The notes beneath the pieces were generated by a model. The model was not told the origin of the DNA and made no database searches. It saw only the letters and a program-made list of their open reading frames with translations. Made by a program: the position numbers and the translations under genes. Positions 19,381-29,034 of a stretch of 64,000 bases of DNA are shown piece after piece. The DNA is from Candidatus Culexmicrobium cathedralense (GTDB taxonomy: Archaea; Thermoproteota; Methanomethylicia; Culexarchaeales; Culexmicrobiaceae): contig JANZKC010000001.1 in assembly GCA_025061115.1 (NCBI GenBank), forward strand, positions 416,001-480,000. Reading direction: 5' to 3'. Position 1 is the stretch's first letter, and the number at the start of each line of letters is the position of its first letter.

Positions 19381-20296
19381 GCCACTTCATAATTAACTTA
19401 TCAATGGGGAGGCTTCTCCTCCTTCTTCCTTTAGGATAGCCAGGGTAGCCTCCAACTAATTCTAGGGCTTTAACTGCAAGCTCATCAGCTTCTCCAACCT
19501 CAAACCTATTCCAGCCATGGAAGTGCTTAAATGAATTAATGCTAGTCCAGCTTAAGTCGAATGAGTCTAAATCGTTGACATCAATACATATGACCACGCA
19601 ATTCAATTTCCTGTGGAGGCTTAAAGGGCAAGTGAAGAGTTGCTGAGAATCATGCTCATTATCAACTTTCAACTTCTCTGCCAAGTATTTAGCTGAAATT
19701 TCTCTAATTCGATGTTCTATCTTCCTAATAACGTACTCAACTAGAGCATAAGCTAAGTCAAGGGGATTGTGTTTTGCTCTAATTTCAGGCGATAAAGCTT
19801 CGTGATGAACGTGAACGTGAGCAGCATTTCCACTCCACTTAACTATTATAGATCTTGAAATGCCATTTCTCTCCAAAAATGAAATTATCTCCCTACACAC
19901 TTCAATTGTTGCCCTCCACTTAGATCTAGAATTATCAATGTCCCAGGTTGGAGTGCAAGCAATTATGTTTTCAAGGTCTATAACATGCTCATCTCGGAAA
20001 AGATACTTGTAGATGTTAGCTGTAGCATAAAACGTTCTAGGCTTAAAACGATTAAAAACTTTAAGTAGAAAATCAACGTCGCTTTCAGACCTAATTGTCA
20101 ATGGAGCTCCCTTCAAGTACCTAATGAGAAGCATTCTACCCTTACTATCAACTTCACTGCAGTGAATTCCAACCCACCTTGGCTTACGGCCATTAGCTCC
20201 AGAAACATTACCATAACACCACTTGGCAATCTCTCCTTTAACGTCCTCCCTAGAGTAGTGTTCAGCAACTACATTCCTATTCAACTTCACCGCCAC
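19352..20296 (-). CDS. Archaeo-eukaryotic primase (AEP) superfamily protein, stand-alone
   Basis: Motif I PTWDIDN, motif II KWSGNAAHVHV, motif III-like D..QLFTCPLSLH. Confidence 0.7.
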   Translation of the reverse strand: MAVKLNRNVVAEHYSREDVKGEIAKWCYGNVSGANGRKPRWVGIHCSEVDSKGRMLLIRYLKGAPLTIRSESDVDFLLKVFNRFKPRTFYATANIYKYLFRDEHVIDLENIIACTPTWDIDNSRSKWRATIEVCREIISFLERNGISRSIIVKWSGNAAHVHVHHEALSPEIRAKHNPLDLAYALVEYVIRKIEHRIREISAKYLAEKLKVDNEHDSQQLFTCPLSLHRKLNCVVICIDVNDLDSFDLSWTSINSFKHFHGWNRFEVGEADELAVKALELVGGYPGYPKGRRRRSLPIDKLIMKWLKKLEEAEC

Positions 20297-20343
20297 TACT
20301 AATCTTAAAAGGAGGAAGAGGTTAAATTCCTTAGGGGTTTAAT

Positions 20344-20700
20344 TTGCCAAAGAAGCAGCGCATACCATTTAGAGTAAGAATGGCGGATGGAAGCATAGAG
20401 ACAGTTTATGCTTATTCGGAAAAGCAGGCTATGTTTTTAGCTTCAAGGCTCGGCAAAAGGCCAGTAAGAGTTGTTGGAATCTTAAGTGAAGAAGTAGTGG
20501 AGAAGAAGGAAGAGGAAGAAAAAATCGATGAAGATGAATTATTGAATAAGTTGCTCATGAAATTTGAAGAAGCCATGAAGAATGGTAAGTATTTGGAAGC
20601 AGTAAAGTGCCAAGTGGAACTTCATAAAGCAATAGCTGATGGAAAAGTGACATGGAGCAACAAGTTGGAGCAAAAATATGAGCTATTCAAGCACTGGTGA
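20344..20700 (+). CDS. Hypothetical protein
   Basis: 118-aa ORF with host-like codon usage, 4 nt upstream of the peptidase start. Confidence 0.65.
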   Translation: MPKKQRIPFRVRMADGSIETVYAYSEKQAMFLASRLGKRPVRVVGILSEEVVEKKEEEEKIDEDELLNKLLMKFEEAMKNGKYLEAVKCQVELHKAIADGKVTWSNKLEQKYELFKHW

Positions 20701-20704
20701 TGCA

Positions 20705-22249
20705 ATGAAGAAGTCGCGATTAACAATACTAATATTAATACTAACAATATACCTAAACTCATTCCAACCTGCACTTTCAATTCAAATTCAATTAAATTCA
20801 ATTGATGCAAGACCAGGAATATACACATTGTATGAAGATGAAGCTGCAAGTGTAAAAATAAATGTCACATATAATTCGCTCCCCAACTACACTGAAGAGC
20901 CAGCTGTAAACGTAACAGTTGAAGTAAATGGTATGATCTTATGGTCGGTATTCTCGCTGCAAAATCGGAAGATATTATTTGGAGAGCTCAGCGAGTGGAA
21001 TTACTACCCTCTATGGATACCTAAGGGTCTGAATAGGGGAGATGAAATTGAGCTTTATAATTCAAAATTCAAAGTAATAGCCGCTTCTGAAAATGAAGTT
21101 CTTGTAACTAATGGTTCATTAACGCTAAAGTTCGATGCATTTACTGGAGTTATGATTACAGGAGACCTGATAATCAAAGGAGAAAGCTATCATGTCTATA
21201 TTAAAGCCACCAACATGAAACTTCGAAGAACTGACTTTGAGAAGCTCTACTACGACTGGAAAGCTCTAACTAAACACCTTGAAAAATTAAATGAAACCTA
21301 CAGAAATCACTTAAAGATTTACAGCATAGGAAACAGCTGCCTAGGAAGAAGGATATGGGTCTGCGAAGTACCTGCCAGAAAAGTCGAAGAAGCTGCAATA
21401 GTCATAGATGGAGGCATGCATGGAAGCGAAGTCATAGGCGTGAAAGCAGCCGTCTACATCCTAGATAAAATACTTGAAAACTACTATGCAATCGAAGAGT
21501 TAGACAGATTCACGATAATTGTCATACCCATGCTCAATCCAGATGGCGTTGAAGCTTCAAAATACTTACCTCCACAGCCTCAATTAATGTTAAAGTATGC
21601 AAGATGCAATGCCAGAGGAGTCGACTTAAACAGGAATTTCGCATACGCTTGGGAGAAAGGCGGCTCAGATCAATTTGAAAGCCCAGTATTCAGAGGTTTG
21701 AACCCTGAAAGCGAACCTGAAGTTAAAGCACTACTCTCAATATTTAAAAATAGAAATGTAATTTTCTACGTAAATCTTCACTCAGGAGTCAGTGCAACAT
21801 TAATTCCAGGATATAACTCAAACCCCTACGTTACACTATATGAAAGCGAAATAGCCGCCGGAATATCCAACATATTTGGCCATCAAATCTACAAGGGCAA
21901 AATATATGGCGGAGCAGCTAATTGGGCGCTTTTCGCTTCTGATAAAAAAGCCTTATCAATAATCATAGAGCTCTACGGCGATAAAGCTCAGCTTGAAACT
22001 GACTGGTTCTACTTCTACAACCCCGACAACAATAGAACAGTTGAAGAAATATGCGGCAAAGCATATTACTCAATTCTATTCATACTCAAAAATGCTGAAA
22101 AGTGGATTGAAAAAGCAGAAGAAATCAAATTAAGAAGGGAGTTTCAAAGCAGAATCACATATTTCGCCGTCACAGCTTTAGTAATAATGCTGGCGGCAAT
22201 AACATTCATGAAAGTCAAGAAAGTTAAGCTGCAGCCTATTCGACACTAA
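20705..22249 (+). CDS. Secreted, membrane-anchored M14 zinc carboxypeptidase
   Basis: Signal peptide, GMHGSE, NPDG, RCNARGVDLNRNF, SEPEVKA, NLHS, C-terminal TM. Confidence 0.9.
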   Translation: MKKSRLTILILILTIYLNSFQPALSIQIQLNSIDARPGIYTLYEDEAASVKINVTYNSLPNYTEEPAVNVTVEVNGMILWSVFSLQNRKILFGELSEWNYYPLWIPKGLNRGDEIELYNSKFKVIAASENEVLVTNGSLTLKFDAFTGVMITGDLIIKGESYHVYIKATNMKLRRTDFEKLYYDWKALTKHLEKLNETYRNHLKIYSIGNSCLGRRIWVCEVPARKVEEAAIVIDGGMHGSEVIGVKAAVYILDKILENYYAIEELDRFTIIVIPMLNPDGVEASKYLPPQPQLMLKYARCNARGVDLNRNFAYAWEKGGSDQFESPVFRGLNPESEPEVKALLSIFKNRNVIFYVNLHSGVSATLIPGYNSNPYVTLYESEIAAGISNIFGHQIYKGKIYGGAANWALFASDKKALSIIIELYGDKAQLETDWFYFYNPDNNRTVEEICGKAYYSILFILKNAEKWIEKAEEIKLRREFQSRITYFAVTALVIMLAAITFMKVKKVKLQPIRH

Positions 22250-23078
22250 CATCTTCATCCACATCATATGGGAACTCAAGCTCCTTAAGCCTTTGAACCT
22301 CCCTCATTCTCCTCATAACTCTACTTGGAAGAGATATGTCTTCACGCCTCATTTCCACCGGACCTAAAATAACCAAGCCCCTACCATTAACAATCTCAAT
22401 TTCATGCATTCTCAAATCATGAGGAGTTTGCCTCATCTTCTCAATCAAAATAAATCTTCTCAACCTACCGCCCCTAACAAATCGTCTAAAGCGAAGAATG
22501 CCATCACCAATATGCTCCGTACCCCAACCAAAAGCCTGAGAGGTAGTCACTGCATACTGTGAAGTAGCCATTATGGTGAAATCCCACTTAGAAAGAACCT
22601 TCTTAATGAAGTAGCTATACTTCCTGGCCATAGCAGGCTTGTCAAGCCAAAACGCAGAGAGGGAATCAATGACCAGTCTAGCTCGCCCATAACCCAGCTT
22701 CCTCTTAGCTTCAATAACCTTGCTGACAAGCTCCTCAATGTCAAGGGTTTTCAAGCACCAAGGGTCACTGCTAGCTGAAATCAATGCATCAACTATGATT
22801 AAACTTCCATTAGACAATGCACTTTCGAAACCCATTTTAAACTGAGCCGCCTGACGAATTATGGAATCCCTACTTTCCTCAGTCGTTACGTAAATGCACT
22901 TATCACCATCTTTAACTCCCTGCCAAATGAAGTGTAAGCATAAAATGGTTTTGCCAGTTCCAGGCTCACCAGTTACAGCTACAAAGAAACCTCTAGGAAT
23001 TCCTCCAGACAGCATTTTGTCTAACTCTGGAATTCCAGTAGACAACCTTTCAACACTTGAAATCAAAATGGTCACCAA
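22236..23078 (-). CDS. KaiC/RAD55-like RecA-superfamily ATPase (single domain)
   Basis: STGIPELDKMLSGG, GEPGTGKT, YVTTEE, VIDS, IEKMR. Confidence 0.92.
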   Translation of the reverse strand: MVTILISSVERLSTGIPELDKMLSGGIPRGFFVAVTGEPGTGKTILCLHFIWQGVKDGDKCIYVTTEESRDSIIRQAAQFKMGFESALSNGSLIIVDALISASSDPWCLKTLDIEELVSKVIEAKRKLGYGRARLVIDSLSAFWLDKPAMARKYSYFIKKVLSKWDFTIMATSQYAVTTSQAFGWGTEHIGDGILRFRRFVRGGRLRRFILIEKMRQTPHDLRMHEIEIVNGRGLVILGPVEMRREDISLPSRVMRRMREVQRLKELEFPYDVDEDVSVE

Positions 23079-23107
23079 TAGAATCAGCGCTACTAACTAA
23101 TATAAGC

Positions 23108-23923
23108 TTAGAGCATTAAGCTGAGCACTAGCCCAATAAAACCTCCAAGAGCTGTCGACGTGAAGTTAACTACGTGATTATTGATGAACTCAAAACCCCT
23201 AACAAGCTTAGCTTCAGAACCGCAGGAATGATGCTTAACCTCAACAAGCTTCTTGCACGATTCGCACCAGTACTGCGCTTGAACCGTAGCACCTAAAATG
23301 CTATCAATTGTTGAGCCGGCGAAGCCTGAGAGAATTGCTATTAGTAAAATTTTTATTGGCGTAAATGACGGCTCAGCCCCACAAGCCGCTGCAACTAAAC
23401 CGATTACAGTTGATGCAACTAAAATTGCAACTTCACCATAAATTGAAACTCCACCAGAAGTGCCAGGAGGAACCTTCTTCCTCAAATTAGTTATAAGCCT
23501 AGGCTCTCCAGGATACAATAAACCAAGCTCAGTTGCAAGCGTATCGGCAGCCGCAGTGCTCACAGCGCCAATAAATCCTCCAAAAAATGCACCTCCACCA
23601 AATAAACCTTCAGCTAATGCAAATAGAGCTGCAATTCCACCATTCCCAAAAACATTTGTCCAAGCCCTAGCTCCACCTTTAGCCTCAGCAACCCCTAACC
23701 TACGCTTTATATCGTACTTATACTTGGTTAATAGGCTAGACGTCAAGTAAAATGAAAGTAGAATTGCAAACCAGTTCCATCCTCCGAAAATCAGTGTAAT
23801 AAACCCTACAACAAAGGCAGCAGCAGTTCCAGTGTAATCTACTAGCTTAAGCTTTATTGAAGCAATTGCGAGAAGAGTCAATATGGATAGGGCAATTGCC
23901 AAGTCGTTGAAAGCTACATGCAA
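23108..23923 (-). CDS. DUF92/TMEM19 family membrane protein
   Basis: R..TNVFGNG, AAADTLATELG, PGTSGGVS..GE, DSILGATVQ, NNHVVNF. Confidence 0.9.
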   Translation of the reverse strand: MHVAFNDLAIALSILTLLAIASIKLKLVDYTGTAAAFVVGFITLIFGGWNWFAILLSFYLTSSLLTKYKYDIKRRLGVAEAKGGARAWTNVFGNGGIAALFALAEGLFGGGAFFGGFIGAVSTAAADTLATELGLLYPGEPRLITNLRKKVPPGTSGGVSIYGEVAILVASTVIGLVAAACGAEPSFTPIKILLIAILSGFAGSTIDSILGATVQAQYWCESCKKLVEVKHHSCGSEAKLVRGFEFINNHVVNFTSTALGGFIGLVLSLML

Positions 23924-24409
23924 TCATAATCACCTACTTCTCAAGCTATTTATTGAAAAACTGGAAGTTTTAAGCTTAACGCACAGATGGAAATTAATTA
24001 TAGGTAATGAGATAAATGTAATTAATCACTTCGGCAAGAGTTTCAGGATGCTGCATCATGGCTTTATCATCGACAACAGCATATTCATTAATAACACATG
24101 CAAAAATCAAAAGCAAGCCAATTAGAGCAGGAAAGCAGAAAAGGAATTCATTCCACCATCGCTAATCTGTGCAACATTAGCCGGATTTCACATAGAACCG
24201 TTCTAATTAATGATAGTAATGCGGAAATCTTTATCGCACTCCTCTCGCCAAGTTAACTAATGTTCTGATCAAGAGCTTAAATCCTTAGAATCAAAACAAT
24301 GTATTCCACACTTAAAATCACATTTGCCTCACAAGAAAAGCCTTAAAGCTCACCGCCAACATCACAATTTATTAGTTTATCATTTCTAAAATGCTTAAGG
24401 TGAAATTAA

Positions 24410-25753
24410 ATGAAGATATGTAAGGCTTTAAGCATAGCTGGCTCAGATTCAGGCGGTGGAGCTGGAATTCAAGCAGATTTGAAGACCTTCGCGGCCTTTG
24501 CAGTTCATGGAATGACAGCTATAACGGCTATAACAGCTCAGAACACCAAGGAAGTTAAAGGGATTCACGTGCTCCCACCAAGAATGGTTGAGCTCCAAAT
24601 AGAAGCCATAGTTGAAGACATAGGCGTAGATGCAGCTAAAACAGGAATGTTATATAGCAGGGAAATAGTGGAAGTTGTAGCCAAGAAAATAGATGAATAT
24701 AAAATTAAAACAGTAGTTGACCCAGTTATGATCGCAAAATCCGGCGCCAAATTGCTTTTGGAAGATGCCATGGAAGCTTTAAAGTCGAAGCTTATTCCAA
24801 AAGCAATGGTAGTAACGCCAAACATTCCAGAAGCTGAAGTTCTAGTTGGTTATGAGATTAGAAGCATTACGGAAATGAAAAAGGCAGCTGAGGACATTCA
24901 CAATTTAGGAGCAGAAGCAGTAATTATTAAGGGAGGACACCTAACAGGAAAGAAGATGGTCGACATCCTATACTATAAAGGGAAAACGTATGAAATCAGC
25001 AAAACAAAAATTGAAACAAAAAACACTCACGGCACCGGCTGCTCCTTCTCAGCTGCAATCGCAGCGCTTATTGCAAAAGGAGCTGAAATTCCTACGGCAT
25101 TTAGAGTTGCAAGCGAATTTATGAGTAAAGCGATAAAGTATGGCTACACCGTAGGCAGAGGGCACGGCCCGGTGAACCCACTAGCGGAACTATATGACAA
25201 ATCATCAAAATATGAAGCGTGGAAAAATGTCGCTGAAGCCATAAAAATTATTGAGGAATCACCCGAACTCGTAAAATTAATTCCCGAAGTGAGGATGAAC
25301 ATTGGAGAAGCATCAATATACGCAGAAAAAATAGATGATGTATGCGCTGTAAGTGGCAGAATAACTGAAGTCAATGGAAAGCTAAGAGCTGCAGGATGCC
25401 CAAAATTCGGATCATCAAAGCACGTTGCGAGAACGATATTAACTATAATGAAATATGATCCTAAAATTAGAGCTGCAATGAACATAAAATATAGTAAAGA
25501 AGCGATTGAAGCGTGTAAGAAGCTAGGGCTTTCAATAGCGTCATTCAGTCGACAAATGGAGCCTCCAAACATAAAAGCCATCGAAGGAGCAAGCTTACCT
25601 TGGGGAATTAAAGAGGCAATAAAGAATCTTGGAAGAGTGCCCGACATAATATACGACGAGGGAGATTTAGGAAAAGAGCCGATGATAAGAATATTAGGAA
25701 AAAATGCAGTTGAAGTAGCTCTCAAAGCAAAGAAGATTGGAAAAATATTATAA
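24410..25753 (+). CDS. thiD: Bifunctional HMP/HMP-P kinase / thiamine-phosphate synthase ThiDN
   Basis: IAGSDSGGGAGIQADLK, DPVM, TPN, KGGH, THGTGC; ThiN domain IPEVRMN, FGSSKHVAR, GKEPMI. Confidence 0.96.
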   Translation: MKICKALSIAGSDSGGGAGIQADLKTFAAFAVHGMTAITAITAQNTKEVKGIHVLPPRMVELQIEAIVEDIGVDAAKTGMLYSREIVEVVAKKIDEYKIKTVVDPVMIAKSGAKLLLEDAMEALKSKLIPKAMVVTPNIPEAEVLVGYEIRSITEMKKAAEDIHNLGAEAVIIKGGHLTGKKMVDILYYKGKTYEISKTKIETKNTHGTGCSFSAAIAALIAKGAEIPTAFRVASEFMSKAIKYGYTVGRGHGPVNPLAELYDKSSKYEAWKNVAEAIKIIEESPELVKLIPEVRMNIGEASIYAEKIDDVCAVSGRITEVNGKLRAAGCPKFGSSKHVARTILTIMKYDPKIRAAMNIKYSKEAIEACKKLGLSIASFSRQMEPPNIKAIEGASLPWGIKEAIKNLGRVPDIIYDEGDLGKEPMIRILGKNAVEVALKAKKIGKIL

Positions 25754-25773
25754 AAACTAAGGGAAAATTATGT

Positions 25774-26406
25774 TTATTTCGGCATGTTCAGCCAATCGAA
25801 TAGTAGGAATTCTAATCGCCCTAGCATTAAGTTATATCGCGAGACCACCGTCTTAGCGAATGCATAACCGAATGCAAGCATCATGAACCATCGGCCTACA
25901 TCTGCAATAGTCTTAGCGCTACCAGTGTGTAGTGTGGGGAACGTGAATACGAAGTAATACAATGTCGTTGCAATAGCCGCTAGGAATACTATGTTGCCCA
26001 AGGTAACCAGCGGATCAGCAGACACAATACTTATGTCAGCAGTTGAAGCGATCTGAGCTATGAAGTCAGTGTCAACAGACCTTACGAATGAAGCGGCAAT
26101 ACCTACGCCGACTACTATTGAAATCCCATACCTATAAAGCCAGTACAGCGTCCTGTGGTACCTGAAGTACATGAGAAAGCCGAGGATTACTGGTAAAATG
26201 TAAATCACTTCGCCAGCCATTAAGTGGTCAATTCCGAACCTCTTTACACTTACAATGGCTTGGACGAAGCTATAACCAACTGCAACGCCAACGTAAGTGT
26301 GCTCTGCAAACTTGAATAGGGGACTGTCTCTATAAGCAATGCTGTAAATGAATATTGTCAGTAAAGCCGCAACCCAAATTCCAAATTGAGTCCAAATATC
26401 AGGCAT
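25774..26406 (-). CDS. Uncharacterised multi-pass membrane protein (gene 4 of 4-gene operon)
   Basis: About 6 TM; YS..YRD.PLFKFAEH..VG and GRWFMM.AFG motifs. Confidence 0.8.
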   Translation of the reverse strand: MPDIWTQFGIWVAALLTIFIYSIAYRDSPLFKFAEHTYVGVAVGYSFVQAIVSVKRFGIDHLMAGEVIYILPVILGFLMYFRYHRTLYWLYRYGISIVVGVGIAASFVRSVDTDFIAQIASTADISIVSADPLVTLGNIVFLAAIATTLYYFVFTFPTLHTGSAKTIADVGRWFMMLAFGYAFAKTVVSRYNLMLGRLEFLLFDWLNMPK

Positions 26407-26409
26407 ACA

Positions 26410-27249
26410 TCATGCACCTCCCTTCTTCTGAGCTTTCAATGCAAAGTACGCTATGTTTCCCATGATAATTGCTGCCATCAACATTATGTGGGCAACGGTA
26501 AATGCGTCTAGCTTTCTTAGACCAGATCCTGGCTTTCCAATTATGAATTCGTACTCCCCAGCTCTGCCACCGTCTGTTAGAGCTTTTACTTGTGCTGGGT
26601 AGTATGGCTCCATTGTTGGCATCATCATTGCCAATACGCAACATAGATATGTAACTCCATATGGACCTACCCATTGCCTAACCCATCCTTGAGACACGTC
26701 TCCTGAAGGTGTTATTGAAATTATCATTGCGAAATTACGCGCTCCAGTGATGCCTTTCATCATAGGTATATCTGTAATTGGAGTTCCCTTATAGTCTGTT
26801 GGAACCGCTCCAGGCAAGTTTTCGGCAATAGCTTTCATTGCAGTTTCAGTGCCAGGAATATACCCTAGGAAAACGTAATCTTCACCATACTTCTTTCCAT
26901 ACGCATCAGGATTTACTTGCGCTATTAGGGAGCGATAACAAATTGGACCGTCACTGTAAAGGGTCATTAACACTACTTTAACATTCTTGGAGAATAAGTC
27001 GTGAAGTGTAGCTACAGCAAATGGTTCAAGTGCTGGAAGTGAGCCGACGCCATAGTCGACGCTGAACAATACATAAGCTCCATCAGGAAGATTTTCAATA
27101 TACTCATGCCACTCAACGACTCTAGGGCTCACAGGGACCGGCAGGAAAAGAGGCTTTACCAATGGTATAGCTAGGCATATGATCAATATGGTGTAGATAA
27201 TTTCTCTAGGAAGCGATTCTATATATTCTAGTGGAGATTTGCCTGCCAC
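26410..27249 (-). CDS. Uncharacterised membrane protein with a soluble alpha/beta domain (gene 3 of operon)
   Basis: N- and C-terminal TM; YGEDYVFLGYIPG; spaced 1-3 nt from its neighbours. Confidence 0.8.
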   Translation of the reverse strand: MAGKSPLEYIESLPREIIYTILIICLAIPLVKPLFLPVPVSPRVVEWHEYIENLPDGAYVLFSVDYGVGSLPALEPFAVATLHDLFSKNVKVVLMTLYSDGPICYRSLIAQVNPDAYGKKYGEDYVFLGYIPGTETAMKAIAENLPGAVPTDYKGTPITDIPMMKGITGARNFAMIISITPSGDVSQGWVRQWVGPYGVTYLCCVLAMMMPTMEPYYPAQVKALTDGGRAGEYEFIIGKPGSGLRKLDAFTVAHIMLMAAIIMGNIAYFALKAQKKGGA

Positions 27250-27250
27250 G

Positions 27251-27928
27251 CTAATCCCTCCTTCCTAGATAGCCAGTTTCCATGCCCATTAGCGTTCTTA
27301 TGCCTAGAAGTATTGCTCCTAAAGCTCCGCCAATCAATATACCTCTAAACGAAGACCTAACTATGTAGTTATTGATCCAATCTGCCGCTTCAATGGCTTG
27401 AGGAATGAAGACTTGGAACGCTGGAGTTCTAGACATTAAGGTTATAAAGCCAACTATTAGTAGAGCTGTTGCTTCCATTGTTCTAGCTCTAAAAGCCCTG
27501 AAACAAGCTGATGTGATGTAGAATGCCAATGATGAGTACATCGTGCCGCTACATGCAGCTAACACGTAAGTCGTCATCCATTCGTATTGAGCAGGGCTCA
27601 CATTAATTCTAAGCGAAGGTTCTCCACCTAAACCTACAATCACCATTATTACAGCTACGAATATCAGCCAAGCACTATAATACCACTGCCCTGGAGTCCG
27701 CCTGCTTAAATGCCTGCTGTGAATTAAAGTGACGTTTACCATACCGAAGCCGATTGTAAATCCAGCTAAAAGATTTGCCCAGTTAGTTAGCACTTCGCCC
27801 AATGATTGAATGTATTCCTGATATGGCTCAACTGGAGTTTCTGGAACCAAGAAGTATTGCACTATCATTATTAAGCCCATTATGAAAGTTAGGATTAACG
27901 GCAAATGCCTCCTAAAGACCAGGGACAT
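27251..27928 (-). CDS. Uncharacterised multi-pass membrane protein (gene 2 of operon)
   Basis: About 6 TM; AFYITSACFRAFRAR..EA and RGILIG..LG....IR...G.E motifs. Confidence 0.8.
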   Translation of the reverse strand: MSLVFRRHLPLILTFIMGLIMIVQYFLVPETPVEPYQEYIQSLGEVLTNWANLLAGFTIGFGMVNVTLIHSRHLSRRTPGQWYYSAWLIFVAVIMVIVGLGGEPSLRINVSPAQYEWMTTYVLAACSGTMYSSLAFYITSACFRAFRARTMEATALLIVGFITLMSRTPAFQVFIPQAIEAADWINNYIVRSSFRGILIGGALGAILLGIRTLMGMETGYLGRRD

Positions 27929-27941
27929 GATATTTCCCCTC

Positions 27942-28721
27942 CTACAAGCTTAAAAGATCTACTATTGCCTTTGACCCAGCAGATGTCAGTAGCGCCCCTA
28001 TAACTCCAAGTACTATTGCAACTAACTTACCAAGATCCTGAACGAATAAGCTTCCGGTGTGTGACGGATCCTTAGTTAAATATGCACCAGCAGCGTAGCA
28101 TTCCTCCCCGATTAACACGTAGTCACAAACTATAGCGAAGAATGGTATCTGATATAGCCTAGCAGTACCAGCAATTTGGATAGCTCCAACTCTGAAGAAC
28201 GTTTCTGCGAAAATCAGCGACTCTGCGTAGAATGGTCCTACCATTATGTTTGCTGCAGGTCTTTCTCGCTCTGCAATGCCTTGCACTGCAGCTGCATAAG
28301 CGAACTGATCGCTGGAGAGATAGCGTATTGCTTCTTCGGGCTTAGCTTCCTCAGGTCTTCCTTCTGCTAAATAGGCTTGCTTATATAATTCGTGAGCAAT
28401 CGGTATAACTTCGGTTCCATATACAGAATAGATCACCGGAACCCTATACTTAGCGCAGAGCCTAGCTACTTCACCGAATACGGCTAGTCCTGCAACTGTC
28501 AATGGAGCCCAGGTTCCAGTTAGCGAATTTAATCCAGAAGTGAAGTGGACTGGCCTGCCCATCTCGGCAGCTCTACCAACAGCCTCTTCGAGCGCGTCTA
28601 GACCAGCTATTCTCCTGAAGGACACTGTCCAACCTTTCCTTATTTTGTCTATGGCTATCAATGCGATGGCCCATATTAGTATTAATGCAACAAAATCGAC
28701 TATGCGTCCCTCTACTATCAT
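27942..28721 (-). CDS. DUF6754-like membrane protein (gene 1 of operon)
   Basis: RRIAGLDALEEAVGRAAEMGRPV, FYAESLIFAE, QIPFF..CDY.LIGEE.YAAGAYL; ATG at 28721 after AGGAGAGG. Confidence 0.8.
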   Translation of the reverse strand: MIVEGRIVDFVALILIWAIALIAIDKIRKGWTVSFRRIAGLDALEEAVGRAAEMGRPVHFTSGLNSLTGTWAPLTVAGLAVFGEVARLCAKYRVPVIYSVYGTEVIPIAHELYKQAYLAEGRPEEAKPEEAIRYLSSDQFAYAAAVQGIAERERPAANIMVGPFYAESLIFAETFFRVGAIQIAGTARLYQIPFFAIVCDYVLIGEECYAAGAYLTKDPSHTGSLFVQDLGKLVAIVLGVIGALLTSAGSKAIVDLLSL

Positions 28722-28773
28722 ATATTTCCTCTCCTGTAATTTGGAAAGGCTGTAAAATAGTCTCGACCGGAGC

Positions 28774-28790
28774 ATATATAACTTTTACCG
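28774..28790 (-). promoter_or_regulatory. BRE/TATA promoter of the 4-gene membrane operon
   Basis: Minus-strand CGGTAAAAGTTATATAT about 55 nt upstream of the ATG. Confidence 0.55.
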
Positions 28791-28926
28791 AAAAGTGACA
28801 TGAAAATCATTATAACAGATTTATCCAATTATAAAGACTTTGAATAGGTTAAGAATATAATATGAAATATATAATATGAGGTTTAAGGCATAATACTTAA
28901 GTCCGATAATTTTACTATTAAATCAA

Positions 28927-28988
28927 GAGGATGATTGAGCTCGAAAGGGATGACCCCGTGGGATGATTGCCCCGCGCAGGGCTGACTC
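28927..28988 (+). ncRNA. Box C/D guide sRNA
   Basis: C ATGATTG 28931-37; 12-nt guide; D' ATGA 28950-53; CCC/GGG hairpin; C' ATGATTG 28963-69; 12-nt guide; D CTGA 28982-85; GAG/CTC terminal stem; GC-rich island in an AT-rich spacer. Confidence 0.85.
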
Positions 28989-29034
28989 AAAACTATGCTA
29001 ATAAAAGTCGATTACTAAATCGTAGTGACAAAAA

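Noticed and set aside
23930-24400. Long spacer upstream of thiDN as a possible TPP riboswitch or small gene
   Set aside because: No CTGAGA/TPP aptamer core was seen; only start-less short reading frames
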